Virus record (IMG/VR): IMGVR_UViG_3300034061_004392
Location: 1,773-65,772 of that record
Length of the DNA stretch: 64,000 bases
From: a virus
Lineage: Duplodnaviria; Caudoviricetes
Reading direction: 5' to 3' (one strand)
The number at the start of each line of letters is the position of its first letter. Position 1 is the stretch's first letter. Below, piece after piece: positions 28,208 through 39,815 of this stretch. Both the position numbers and the translations under genes were made by a program. Under the pieces are notes generated by a model. That model had not been told where the DNA came from and did no database searches. It worked only from the letters and a program-made list of their open reading frames with translations.

Positions 28208-29023
28208 TTAATTCTTCCTGGTATGTCGTTTGGATTGTTTATGTGGACCGCTATCAATATCATCCACCACATTATCGCTCTCCTGTGTCCATGTTACTAT
28301 TTCCCATCGGCCATCATGATGCTCAACAAGTGCAGTCAACGATTCAACCCAGTCACCATCATTCATATAAGTTACACCATCAATCTCTTTAATTTCTGCA
28401 TGATGTATATGCCCACAAATTACTCCATCATATCCTTTCTTCTTGCAATAACCTGCTAAGTTTTTTTCAAACTGAAACATAAAGTCTACTGCTTTTTTTA
28501 CCTTGTGCTTAAGGAAACCAGAAAGGCTCCAATAATTAAAACCAATTCTATGTAAGAACCAATTAAGTCTATTATTAACTGATAAGATGAAGTCATATGC
28601 CCTGTCTCCTAAAAATGATAACCATGGTGCTAGTCTTGTGATACCATCAAACAAATCACCATGAACCACAAGATAATGTTTCCCATCAGCACCAACATGT
28701 TCACATTGATTAGTAATCTCAACCATTCCAAACCCAAGACCATAATGTAAATAGGGTCGTAGAAATTCATCGTGGTTTCCTATTACATAAATTACTTTTG
28801 TGCTACGCTTTGCATGACCTAGAATTCTACGAACAACATTGGTATGACTTTGTTTCCAACGCCATTTATTTTGTTTGATTTTCCATGCATCGATTATATC
28901 GCCGACAAGATATAGTGTCTCACATGTGTTATGTTTGAGAAAGTTATTGAGTGCTTCAGCCTTGCAATCTTTTGTGCCAAGGTGAACATCTGAAATAAAA
29001 ATACTACGATATGTTTTTTGCAT
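28208..29023 (-). CDS. PlcP-like metallophosphoesterase (LpxH-like / phospholipase C)
   Basis: YRSIFISDVHLG; LYLVGDIIDAW; GNHDEFLR; HGD.FD; LGD.AYD; YWSLS..LK.KVK.AV; GVICGHIH; N.GDWVES.TALVE. Confidence 0.85.
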   Translation of the reverse strand: MQKTYRSIFISDVHLGTKDCKAEALNNFLKHNTCETLYLVGDIIDAWKIKQNKWRWKQSHTNVVRRILGHAKRSTKVIYVIGNHDEFLRPYLHYGLGFGMVEITNQCEHVGADGKHYLVVHGDLFDGITRLAPWLSFLGDRAYDFILSVNNRLNWFLHRIGFNYWSLSGFLKHKVKKAVDFMFQFEKNLAGYCKKKGYDGVICGHIHHAEIKEIDGVTYMNDGDWVESLTALVEHHDGRWEIVTWTQESDNVVDDIDSGPHKQSKRHTRKN

Positions 29024-29079
29024 ATTAGTTCTGGTTACGGATCCAGAGTCACCTGATCGTTGTGACCGATTTTTCTACC

Positions 29080-30486
29080 TTAGAAGTTTAATTGGCTTCT
29101 GAACATGATTGCTTTATCACCATTCACACGGCTGCCTGATGACCCAACCAATGCATCAAACTTAGTATCAACATAGTTTACCATGAAACGCACATTATCT
29201 GTAGCAAACCATGTGACACCATAAGTCATTGCAGTAGCACGATTTGATTTGCCAGCAACTACTGTAATATTACTAGCATCAAATTCACTCATACGCACAT
29301 TGACTTGAACAGCACCTTTGCCACCTTTATCTAGCGGGTTAGCAGGCTTGATTGCACCAAATACACCATCCTTATAATTGTATGATTCACCAGTCAGGTT
29401 ATACGATGCAAGAACATAGTATCCTTTAATTTCTTGATTGTTTCCTGTTGTAGGATCGTATGTGAAATTAAATTGTTCTGCTTGTACTTTTAAAGCATTA
29501 TAAGCAAATGCTGCTTCGAGACCTTGACGAGTTCTATCTGTTAAACCACTCAACGCAGGACCAGTAAACCAAGCATTTTGTGAACGAGATTCTGTTCTGC
29601 CACTTGCTGGTGTCACACCACCTTTGATAGTACCCATGCTGTATGCGGCACCCAAATGCAATGTATATGCTTTGCTACCTTGTAGTTCAGCAATGTTTGT
29701 AGTAACACGACCAATGTAGTCAAAGTTGTCACTCACAGCATCCTTGTTGCTTTTGCCACGACTTGCTGCCACAGCATAAGTCAAACCAGCTTTGGGTACA
29801 CCGTGCACCATGAAGCCAGTTTCTTTGCCAGGAATCAGCTCGCTGTCGTTTTGACCAATCAAGCTACGCTCCATGAAGTCAATGTTGTTTGAGCTGGTCA
29901 ATTGTTCAAGACTGAACGGCATCTTGAACAAACCAAACTGAAACTGCATTTCAGGATTGGCAGCATAGTTCACATATGCCACATCCATGGTAGTTGATGA
30001 ACTACTAGCACCTACATCGTTGCCGAAATTTCCTACGATCTCATATTTAAAATCTTTCTGGAACTGTCCACGCACACCAAATCTAGCACGACGAATTTCT
30101 GCTAGGTTCTGATACGAATCCGTGGTTTGGCCTGTACCATAAGCGGGGTCGTACTGACGATAGTCCATATGAATTCGACCTCCAAATTGAATGGTATTAT
30201 TTCCATCTTTTGACTTGAGGCCGATACCGCTTTCGGTGACTGATCCATCGTTTGCCCTGGCCTGTCTGTACTTGACTGAATCGCTAACATCTTTGTCGAT
30301 TCGTTGGGTTGCAAACTTTTTGTTTTCTTCTTTTTCTTCATATGCTTTCAGTCTTGCTTCATATTCTTTTTGAGTGATTACATTCTTCTCTCTCAGAATA
30401 CTTAAAGTATCTTTATACTCATCAGCATATGCTGGAATTACTGCTGCTAACGCAACTACAATAGAAAGTTTTTTGAGTAATTTCAT
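29080..30486 (-). CDS. Phosphate-selective porin OprO/OprP
   Basis: Signal peptide; GGR.H.DY; RRAR.GV.G; G.FK.PFSLE.LTSSN...F.ERS; G.Y..ASY.LTGES; C-terminal Phe. Confidence 0.9.
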   Translation of the reverse strand: MKLLKKLSIVVALAAVIPAYADEYKDTLSILREKNVITQKEYEARLKAYEEKEENKKFATQRIDKDVSDSVKYRQARANDGSVTESGIGLKSKDGNNTIQFGGRIHMDYRQYDPAYGTGQTTDSYQNLAEIRRARFGVRGQFQKDFKYEIVGNFGNDVGASSSSTTMDVAYVNYAANPEMQFQFGLFKMPFSLEQLTSSNNIDFMERSLIGQNDSELIPGKETGFMVHGVPKAGLTYAVAASRGKSNKDAVSDNFDYIGRVTTNIAELQGSKAYTLHLGAAYSMGTIKGGVTPASGRTESRSQNAWFTGPALSGLTDRTRQGLEAAFAYNALKVQAEQFNFTYDPTTGNNQEIKGYYVLASYNLTGESYNYKDGVFGAIKPANPLDKGGKGAVQVNVRMSEFDASNITVVAGKSNRATAMTYGVTWFATDNVRFMVNYVDTKFDALVGSSGSRVNGDKAIMFRSQLNF

Positions 30487-30495
30487 GATATATCC

Positions 30496-31527
30496 TTATT
30501 TCCAAATTGGGTTATTGTCTGGACCACGGAAGTCTTTCTTCCAATTTTCTTGTACTAACTTAATTACATCGGCTGGCATGTGAACATACTCTAAGTCTGC
30601 TGCCATTTGACCACCGTTCTTGTAACTCCAGTCAAAGAACTTGAGAACTGCACGACCTGTCAATGCGTCTGCCTGTTGCTTGTGCATGAGAATAAAACTT
30701 GCACCTGTTGCTGGCCAAGCATCCTTGCCTGTCTGCCAAGTTAGTAGTAGATACATACCTGGAGCATTTGCCCAATCTGCATTGGCTGTTGCTGCTTTGA
30801 ATGTGCTATCATCCGGTGACACAAAGTTACCGTCACGATTTTTTAGTGATGCATAAGGAATCTTGTTTCTTTTTGCATAGGCATACTCAACATAACCAAA
30901 GGCACCTTTGATACGCTGAACCTGTGCTGCAACACCCTCATTGCCTTTACCACCTACACCCGTTGGCCACTTGACTGCTGAGCCTTCGCCCACAGCCTTT
31001 TGGAAGTCTGCGTTGGCTTTGCTCAGGAAGTTGGTCCAAATAAATGTAGTGCCTGAACCGTCTGCACGATGAACTACGGTGATGTTCATGGCAGGAAGCG
31101 TGACTCCTGGATTTAGTTCTGCGATTGCCTTGTCATTCCACTTGGTAATCTTGCCTAAATGAATATTAGCAATTACATCCGGGGTGAGTCGTAATTGACC
31201 TTGTGCTACACCGTCAAGATTGAACACTGGCACAACACCACCAATGATTGCTGGGAATTGAACAAGACCTTCTTTGTCTAGTTCTTCTTTCTTGAGTGGC
31301 ATATCACTTGCGCCAAAGTCAACTGTCTTGGCTTTGATCTGACGAATACCACCACCTGATCCGATTGATTGATAGTTTAGACCAATACCAGTTTGAGCTT
31401 TATAGGCTTCTGCCCATTTAGCGTAAATTGGGAATGGAAAGGTTGCGCCTGCACCAGTGAATTCTGCTGCTGATACAACCGTAGAGAGGAATAAAAAGGA
31501 TGCTGCTAAAAGATTTTTGAATTTCAT
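30496..31527 (-). CDS. pstS: Phosphate ABC transporter substrate-binding protein PstS
   Basis: GAGATFP.PIY.KWA; NYQSIGSGGG; DFGASD; RADGSGTT; GKGNEGVA; GYVE. Start moved to MKFKNL (31527), which has an AGGAG RBS. Confidence 0.97.
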   Translation of the reverse strand: MKFKNLLAASFLFLSTVVSAAEFTGAGATFPFPIYAKWAEAYKAQTGIGLNYQSIGSGGGIRQIKAKTVDFGASDMPLKKEELDKEGLVQFPAIIGGVVPVFNLDGVAQGQLRLTPDVIANIHLGKITKWNDKAIAELNPGVTLPAMNITVVHRADGSGTTFIWTNFLSKANADFQKAVGEGSAVKWPTGVGGKGNEGVAAQVQRIKGAFGYVEYAYAKRNKIPYASLKNRDGNFVSPDDSTFKAATANADWANAPGMYLLLTWQTGKDAWPATGASFILMHKQQADALTGRAVLKFFDWSYKNGGQMAADLEYVHMPADVIKLVQENWKKDFRGPDNNPIWK

Positions 31528-31564
31528 GTTATCTCCTTTGGTTGAACTACTTAAAACACCCAAA

Positions 31565-31584
31565 TCGTAACGGAATTGTCACAA
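31565..31584. promoter_or_regulatory. Possible Pho-box-like direct repeat upstream of pstS
   Basis: GTAAC and GTCAC repeated at 11-bp period (31567, 31578); no TTGACA promoter in this intergenic gap. Confidence 0.4.
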
Positions 31585-31597
31585 TTTAGAATTTTTT

Positions 31598-32206
31598 TTA
31601 AGCGTACAATCCAAGTTCTTGGTTGATATCAACCATTTTTTGGAGACAACCTTCAGTATACCATGCAGGTATTGGTCTTGAATTGACCTTACCTTTCCAT
31701 GATGCAAGATGTGTTTTATTATTTATGTAATAATTTCTGTAAGAAGTAATGGAATCGTCAAATACTTTTACATCATCAGGCATAGCAGGTGTAGGTTCAG
31801 TAAATGCAACATCATTGCGTATATTTTTTGGGTGAATACGCAGAGCATCAACAAGACCTATCTCTTGACACTTGTGTACCTTACCATAACGATAGGTATA
31901 CTCAGCACACAATTCAATCAGCAAGTGAACAAGCCAATCATAATTAGCAGCAGATTGTCTTGCCCACACAGCAGAAGGATGGCTCACATGAGTGGCAGAA
32001 TATAAAATCTCATCTAGTTCGTTGTTAAGTTTCCAGCGTTTAACATTACGACCAGTTTTTGATTTTGCTTCAATTGGTGTGCCGTCGAGAATACGGTGTG
32101 CAGTTGATAGTAACTGACAATATTCAAGAATCATTTTGATACAATGCTTATCATTGTGATATACAGCACACACTTTAGGATCATTATGTAAGTAAAAGAT
32201 ATTCAT
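31598..32206 (-). CDS. Pyrimidine dimer DNA glycosylase-like protein
   Basis: MNIFYL...P...A..H.DKH..KMILE..QLLSTAH; H..HPS..W.R; EYT.RYGK.H; AMP; YR.YY. Confidence 0.75.
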   Translation of the reverse strand: MNIFYLHNDPKVCAVYHNDKHCIKMILEYCQLLSTAHRILDGTPIEAKSKTGRNVKRWKLNNELDEILYSATHVSHPSAVWARQSAANYDWLVHLLIELCAEYTYRYGKVHKCQEIGLVDALRIHPKNIRNDVAFTEPTPAMPDDVKVFDDSITSYRNYYINNKTHLASWKGKVNSRPIPAWYTEGCLQKMVDINQELGLYA

Positions 32207-35112
32207 TACCAGTCCAATGAGTCTTTTATATCTTCAGTAGTTAAAGGTTTCAGAATGCCGCTAGACATATCATGTGTTATTTCATCAACATAGTATCCAG
32301 CACCACGAAGGAACAATGTAAAATTAGCTAGTACTTCATCAAGTGTTTCTGCTTCAAAAGAAACTGTAGTTTGATAATTTTCATCATTGTTATGATCTGC
32401 TCTGAATTCAAAGTGTATCATAGTTTAGGAATCTCCATTTTCACCGATTTATCTTTTTTGGTTGGAAACCGAGCGGCAATATCTTCTGCTGATACTGTTT
32501 GCATAGCGAATTGTTTGAATTGATCATAAGTGTCTTTTACTGGATATGCAGATTTACCATTCACAGCAGCAGAGTCAGCAAAGAATAATACACAGCCACC
32601 AATAGCCAGTGGAGCGATTTCAATTACTTCATCAAGGTTAATAATTACTTTACAGTTTTTTTCTACGGAATCAACTTCAATAAATGTGGCCATTATGCCT
32701 CCAGGTCAGGTTTAGAATTATCTTTAATTTTTGCATTTTTTGCTTTTGCTTCTGCAATTTCAGCTTCAATCATCATTTTTTTCATGAATGGTAACTCAGA
32801 TTTAGGTACAGTCATTAGCATTCTTTTGGTTTCTTTGGACATCTTATAACTTGAATTTACTTTCACAGTTTCTCCTTAACGAACTTTGTTGCAATCAGGT
32901 ACAGCGATCAGATAGTTGGTGTATTCATTGTGAGGACGAACAAAGTAACAGTTACCATTTACATCCCACACTAAATGATTCTGTACACCTTTCACTTCAG
33001 TCAATGCTGGAGGATTCTTTAGTTCTTCAAAATCTTTTTTTGCCGACCGAGCCAAAAGAAAAGCCATCGCTAACAAAAACAAAATCATAATAATATGCAT
33101 CAAGTTCTTTCTCATCAATATCAAGTATTTCATAACATTCCTATTCCTTCAAACAGTTCATATACTAAGTAACATGATAACACAATACCACCGAATATTA
33201 AAGAGATATAGGCTAAGTTTTCCACTTTTTCTCGGTAGTATTCCACTTCAAACTTAATCATGTCTCTCTGTCCCCGCATCATTGGCGATACATCACCATC
33301 CAACATGGCAAAAGTCTTATCTGCTTCTTCCAATCTTCGCTTTGCGGAAATATAATGAATGATAGAAATCATTTTAGTATTTCTCCAATTTAATACCAAG
33401 AAGTTTGAACAATATTTTACGATACCATGGGGGTTCTTCTTTGTATGTAAATGTTACTGTATCTTCTGCCAATTTCAATACAGAAGTACCCCAATTAACT
33501 TGTGTCGATATTAGACCATCATATGTGAAGGATGATGTATAAGTCGGCGTTTTCTGAACAGCACAACCTTCATAATCTAATTCTAATGGTATCTGTTCAG
33601 TAAGAGGCCAGAAAAATTGTATCTCTAATTGATGCATAATTAATCCCACAGGTTGCGGTAGTATTTACCAAACAAACGGAAACCATTTTGCATTCTTTCC
33701 TCTACCGCACGAATACCATCGTAGTCGCATTTATAGGTATGTTTAGGACCATGGCCCATCTGAAAAAGTAAATGCTCACCTTTTGGTACTTCATTTCCAT
33801 CTTTGTCTACAGGTGTCCATGTCATATCAATTTCACCTGAACTATATGCATCTTGCCATGAATCATCAACGAGGTGTTCAAATGCAAAAATCATTTCATC
33901 AAGAACATAATCCCAACGACCGAAGTGATTATCATCAACAGCATATTCATCTTCTTTGGGAGGTGCAGAGGTAGATTTTAATTGTTCAGGAACATCTTCA
34001 TCACCAACAGTAGGAGCACCATGCTTAGTTTCTTTTAGTTGCTTGAGCATAGGAAGAATGATGTAGGACAATGTATGATCCATGCTCCATGTATCCCAGC
34101 GGTCAATCTTAACATGACGAACCTGTGGGTGTACAAAGTCTAGAAATTTTTGAAGTGCGGTAGTAAAAGGCAAGAGAATATCTGACAGCTTTACAATGAT
34201 AGGCTCATCATAATCAATTTCACGCCAGAAGAAAACTTTTTCTAAAATAGTATATGGAGAAATCCAATGACTTCTATAGTTGGAAATGTAGATTTTCATT
34301 CATCTTTATCCATAATGTGCAACATAGTAAAAAAACCTATTGTCATCAAAAGAAAACCAAATAAGTCACCAAACCTTATAGAAAGAAAGGTAAATACAAA
34401 GAACAAAAAATAAACTAAATTATCTCTCATTAACAATGGCGGTAATCTGATGGGCAGGAATGCCAATATCATACGCCATACAATGATAGGTCATTAGCTG
34501 AATGATTCTGGCAGCTTTATTTATGAGTACACCACGCTCATGTTCACCAAATTGATTTTGAAGTATGGCATACTCATTCAACTGCTCAATGAACCTATCT
34601 ATTGCTAGAGAGTCTTTAACTATCTCACTCATTGGTTATAGGAAATAATTTTAGTGCTTCTAGTTTATCTTGATATTCTGCAATATAAGCCAATTCTTTT
34701 TCAATAGCATCCATCAGGTCTGTGTGTTCTGGTAGTGCTGTAGGATTACGCAGCATCACCTCAACATTCACACGGTGCTTTTGAATATGGCTTTGAAAGT
34801 GAACCATACTCGCTTTTAATATTTCATTCCTCATTCTTCATCTCCTTCAATTAGATCATAGGTAACATCATACCCACCTTTTCGTGAGGTCCACCAATCA
34901 TCATATTCGTGGTCCCAATCAATATCAACACCTGCATTCCATGCATCATCCATGATTTCCGACACACTTAATTCACCAGATGAAAGATCAGACATTTTTT
35001 GCTTAATCTCATCTTCTTCTAATTCTGGATAAACTTCACCAATGAAATCTTCAGTAATCTCAAATGTCCATTGTGAGTCTACAGAATGCCACTCATGCTT
35101 CATAACTTTCAT
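32206..35112 (-). CDS. Run of small coupled hypothetical ORFs (32206, 32418, 32876, 33130, 33374, 33640, 34420, 34625, 34831)
   Basis: Tightly packed minus-strand ORFs with overlapping stop/start codons; no function recognised. Confidence 0.6.
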
Positions 35113-35928
35113 CTATACCTCCACATACTTCAGTTTAAAATTGTCTGCACGGCTTTCATACCCATCATAACCACGAGGATTACATACGACACGGGTAGTA
35201 CCAACCATATAATCAAACTCATCGTGGGTGTGACCGTGCGTCCACAATTTGATGTTTCGGTTATTCAGAATGAACTCGATAAGGTCACTTGAATAGGCTC
35301 CGTTGATTAAATGTTCCTTAGCATATTTAGGCTTAACACTTTCCTTTGTTGGTGCATGATGACCCACAACAACAAACTTGGTATCAGGATTCAATGACAA
35401 ACAAGTTTTCAGTCTGGTCAAGAACTGTTCATGATCCTTCATAGCATCTTCAGGAAGAAAACGATATCCTTCACCATTTTTCTTGTTAGTTACCAAACGA
35501 AAATCATTCATTCTTTGAAGAACATTGTTAAGGGTAAGAGGATCACCTCTGTTCATATCAGTCCACAATGTACCACCAAAGAAAATAACATCATCAATAC
35601 GAAGGCTCTCTTTGTCTAGGATAACGAGATTATCGAATCTAAACACCTTACGGAGTATAGGCAAAGTATTACCAAAGTCGCCATGATAGTGTTCATGGTT
35701 GCCGGCGATATACAATACCATCTTGAATTCTTTGCAGCAATTCTCAACGAAATCATAGAACTTTTGTGCCCGTAGTGCTCCATCATCCATGATAGGATCA
35801 TGGAACATTTCAAGGTCTTTAGCAACTAGAATATCACCACCAAGAATCAATACATCGGCACCTTCTTCATTGCGAAGAACCAGGTTACCAAACTCAAGAT
35901 GAAGGTCAGAGCAAACGGCGATTTTCAT
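35113..35928 (-). CDS. Calcineurin-like metallophosphoesterase
   Basis: SDLHLEF; GD; AGNHEHY; GGTLWTD; HHAP; W.HGHTH; CNPRGY. Confidence 0.9.
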   Translation of the reverse strand: MKIAVCSDLHLEFGNLVLRNEEGADVLILGGDILVAKDLEMFHDPIMDDGALRAQKFYDFVENCCKEFKMVLYIAGNHEHYHGDFGNTLPILRKVFRFDNLVILDKESLRIDDVIFFGGTLWTDMNRGDPLTLNNVLQRMNDFRLVTNKKNGEGYRFLPEDAMKDHEQFLTRLKTCLSLNPDTKFVVVGHHAPTKESVKPKYAKEHLINGAYSSDLIEFILNNRNIKLWTHGHTHDEFDYMVGTTRVVCNPRGYDGYESRADNFKLKYVEV

Positions 35929-38017
35929 AGGTATTTGTATAATTCAAGTCGAGCATCAGTTAAGGAAGAAAACTTCTTATCTTTTATATAGATGGTCTTT
36001 GATGACATTACACGGCATTCACCAATAAGTGTATCGAATGAGTAATAGGTATTCTTACCATCAACCACTTTTGTTTTGCAATGATAGTCTTTTGCTAGAC
36101 CAGAAAACATCAGCAATTCACGGAATTCATCAGATACAAGTTTACGCAGGTATGCAGCGTTCATAATGTAGACCTTTTCTCACTCAATGCTTTATTGTAT
36201 CATAGCTGGCTTGAATTGTCAACTGTTTCTTTTTTGCAACACTTATGGTATCACTTTGTTAACTCTTAGCAACTGTACTTGGTCTTTTGGTGTGGCGAAT
36301 ATTCTAGCACGGCAAATAACCGTATTCATTGAAAAATTTTCTTCTTTGGTAAATTCAATAGCATTATTTTCCAAAAGTTTTTTGACTAATAGGTCACATA
36401 ATTCCATCTTAATCTCATAATCAGCAACTATCCTATCTTCAAGTTCAGATTTTGATTTTTCTACCTGAGCATAGATGGGTGTACCTCTAACCTCTGCTAT
36501 ACTAACCACACTAGTCGTAGTTAAATTTGAATTTATAGGACCTATAGTAGTACCTATGGTGCCTGATGCATTGGTCATAGCCATTTTTTACATTATATGA
36601 GTTAAGTAAATTAAAAATAGATGAAACAACAAAGGCGTTGATAAAAAAATTAAAGTAAAGGTAAAAAGAAAAAAATGAAATGGCATGATATTATTTCTTC
36701 TTAATAGGTTTCTTAGGAAATTTCGTGCACCACAAACACTTTGTTGTTGCCGTATCATGAAAATACAAATTCATATCAAAATATTCTTTGCTGCATGATG
36801 TGCAGGTGAATTTGTGCATCTCAACATCTACCTGTTCGGCTACTTGTCGTTTTCTATTTAGGCGTTTAGGTTTATCTTCCATAAAATCAAGAACTGACAT
36901 TGGGTTGCTCTTTTTGTAGGTAGTTTGGAGTTTCTTCTACTTGTTTTTGTATTTTAACAGGAGGTTTAACAGGTACATCTTCTGGCTTATGTCCTGCAAT
37001 TACAACTAGGCAGAACAAAGCTAATGCACCAGCAACAATAAACTTCCAGAACAAAACAAAAACAAGACCAACAATAGCAATGATAATACCAAAGATTACA
37101 ATATTCTCAAGGACTGGTGTTGAAACACCTAGCAATGAAGCAAAGTCAACATTCAATCCTGTTGAACTAGGAGCAGGTGGTACATTCGTTATGATCTCCA
37201 CGGTTTCTTTGATTGGAGTTACCGAAGGTACATCTTCTATCACTTCTGGTGCTATGCTAATAGGCATAATAAATCCTCACTATTTTTGAAGATAACTCAA
37301 AACATAATCAATTACTTGCTGCTCATCTTCCTCATACACTTGATCTGGTGTTTTATTCTCAAATGCAAGATTAGGACTTTCCCACCATCTGTTCACAAGG
37401 TCATCACTACCTAACATAGCAAACAGCATGATATTCAGTTTTCTTTTTTTATCAGAGTCCATTGTAATAGTTCACCATACCAACAACATAAAGGAATACT
37501 ATTATGCATTGAACGGTCATCAGGCTCCACTTACGCCAGTGCCAACCTAGAATAAACCACATCAGGTTACCTATTGTTTGCACATATAGGTAATAAGGAA
37601 ATAAATTGAAGGCAGCCATTGCCACACCAATAATCAGTATGACTGTGGCTGACCACTCAAAATAGAATTCCTTACTCACACTGCCTCAGCGGCTTCTTTT
37701 GTTTCAACAGGTGCTGGTGTAGCAGCAGGCTTGCCAGTGTAGCAACCATTCGTGTCGAACTCTTTGAAGTTTACAAGTTGGTATGCAGACACTTTACGGC
37801 CGTCTTTGATGACCTTGATGACGCCGTTATCAAACTTACGGATGTCATAGATGAAGGTAGACAGGCGATACATCAAGGCAGACATTTTAGCATCAGCAGC
37901 AAAGGATGCTTTGATATCGTCAACAGCTACAACTTTACCGCTCAGGAGAACCTGTGCAACTTTGTTGTGAGGACGGATTTTAGGTGCTTTAGTTTTAGAC
38001 ATAATATAAATCTCCAA
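35925..38017 (-). CDS. Run of small hypothetical ORFs, including membrane proteins (36887, 37452) and a CxxC protein (36691)
   Basis: ORF track; hydrophobic segments; CxxC...CxxC. Confidence 0.55.
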
Positions 38018-38067
38018 TCAAGTTAGTACAATGATATCTTAACACACTTTGGATAGTATGTCAAGGG

Positions 38068-39252
38068 TTAAAAAGGAATTTCGCCAGATGGCTGTGGTGC
38101 TACTGGTACAGGTTCTGGTTCATTCGCTTTTGCATCAATCTTGGTGTACAGATCCAAGAATGAAGTTTTGGTTTCAGCATCAAAACGAGCCACACACAAT
38201 TCAATGGCTTTCATGCGGTCACCAAAAATCTTATATGCTTTGGCAATGTGAACAAGACGGCGAGTAGAAATAATTTCATCTACGGCATTCTCATTAAACG
38301 ATTTGCGAATAACATCTGCCCACTGTGTAAGCAGTTCAACAAATTCTTTGTCCTCGATAAGAGGTGTAAGAATTTTCTTTTCTGTCTTAACATCAGGATA
38401 TTCTTGTTCGACAGTAATAGGGAAACGCTCAAGGAATGCATCATCAAGAATTTGTGACAGATACTTACCTTCATCAGAGCCACGACCTTTGGTGTTTGCA
38501 GTAGCAATCACATTGAAGCCAGGTGCAGGATAGACCATCTCACCATTCTTTTTGTTGTAGTATGGTTTGCCTTCTAAGATACCTTGTAGGCACATGAGTT
38601 TATTAGAACCACGGTCAACTTCATCAATCAACAGAATGGCACCTCGCTTCATTGCAACGATAACAGGACCATCACGGTTAACCACATTACCGTCAACAAG
38701 TGTAGGACCACCAAGTAGATCAGATTCATCGGTCTCAATAGAAATATTGACACGGATACATTCTCGCTTTAGTGTGGCACACACTTGTTCAACCATCAAG
38801 GTCTTACCGTTACCCGATAGACCAGTAACGAAGATAGGATAGAATTGTTTTGAGCCAATGATTTGATTCAGGTCCTTGTAGAAACCAAAAGGAACATAAT
38901 CGGGATATAGACTAGGAATAGAAGGTTCTGATTCATCAATCAATTTGGGTTGTTTGAAAGCCAGTACCTGAGCAGCCAGTTCAACGGTCTCGGTTTCTTT
39001 TACCTCAACAGTAACAGGAACCTTTACCTCAACTTTGCTACCTTGAAGGACAGGAAGTTTATACTGACCACGACCTGCACGGTAAGTAGGACGAGAAACA
39101 AACCAGTATGGGAACGGTGCATCCTTTTCTGTTACCACACGGTCAATAGCATCCCGTGTAAGAATAGCACCAGGACCATATACCTCAGTGGCCGCTTCAA
39201 CAAAGGCAATTGCATTACGATTCATATTCACCTCGCTCATAATCAGATTCAT
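38068..39252 (-). CDS. MoxR/CobS-family AAA+ ATPase
   Basis: TGLSGNGKT; RVNISIETDE.DL.G; LIDEVD; ATANTKG.GS.EG; LD.AFLERF; ISTRRL.HI. Confidence 0.92.
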   Translation of the reverse strand: MNLIMSEVNMNRNAIAFVEAATEVYGPGAILTRDAIDRVVTEKDAPFPYWFVSRPTYRAGRGQYKLPVLQGSKVEVKVPVTVEVKETETVELAAQVLAFKQPKLIDESEPSIPSLYPDYVPFGFYKDLNQIIGSKQFYPIFVTGLSGNGKTLMVEQVCATLKRECIRVNISIETDESDLLGGPTLVDGNVVNRDGPVIVAMKRGAILLIDEVDRGSNKLMCLQGILEGKPYYNKKNGEMVYPAPGFNVIATANTKGRGSDEGKYLSQILDDAFLERFPITVEQEYPDVKTEKKILTPLIEDKEFVELLTQWADVIRKSFNENAVDEIISTRRLVHIAKAYKIFGDRMKAIELCVARFDAETKTSFLDLYTKIDAKANEPEPVPVAPQPSGEIPF

Positions 39253-39485
39253 CAGGATACAAGTATCCCATCTTTTCCATCGTTTTTATTACCTCATCAA
39301 TGGTTATACCTAGAAAGGTTGAAACTTGCCTAGGTGTATATCCATCGTCAATCAATTCCATAATTGATATCATTTGGTCTTTCATTTTACCCATTGTTTT
39401 ACCTCATTGTTACCAACACCATTAATTATAATGGTTACCTGGTGAATTGTCAACAAGTTTACCTCAATGTTGTAAAAATACAACA

Positions 39486-39815
39486 TCAAGCCCCCGGCCA
39501 ACGCACGGTACCATAATTGAATGTCAAAATGTTACCTCGGGCAAAGTTGGTAGCAGGTGCATTCCAACTTGCGGCTTTGAGAATATCACCTTTCTTAAAT
39601 TTCTTACCATCCTCTTTTACAATAAAAGAATGGACAGAGGTACCTTGAATAACCTTGATATATTTGCTACCTTCCTTGAAGGTTAGTTTATTTGCAAATT
39701 CCTCAATCATCCGTTCACGGACACCACAGGAAACATCATCATCCCTAGAACGGCCTTGCCATTGTTTATAGTCATCAAAGATATAATTAAGATAATAATA
39801 AATTTCGTTATTCAT
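39486..39815 (-). CDS. Conserved hypothetical early protein
   Basis: G.KYIKV....SVH.F.......FK.GDILKAA.W.APA.N.ARGNI motif, common in T4-like phages. Confidence 0.7.
   Translation of the reverse strand: MNNEIYYYLNYIFDDYKQWQGRSRDDDVSCGVRERMIEEFANKLTFKEGSKYIKVIQGTSVHSFIVKEDGKKFKKGDILKAASWNAPATNFARGNILTFNYGTVRWPGA

Noticed and set aside
38068-39252. Cobalamin biosynthesis gene (cobS)
   Set aside because: It is a generic MoxR-type AAA+ ATPase common in T4-like phages; there is no cobN or other cob gene in the window.
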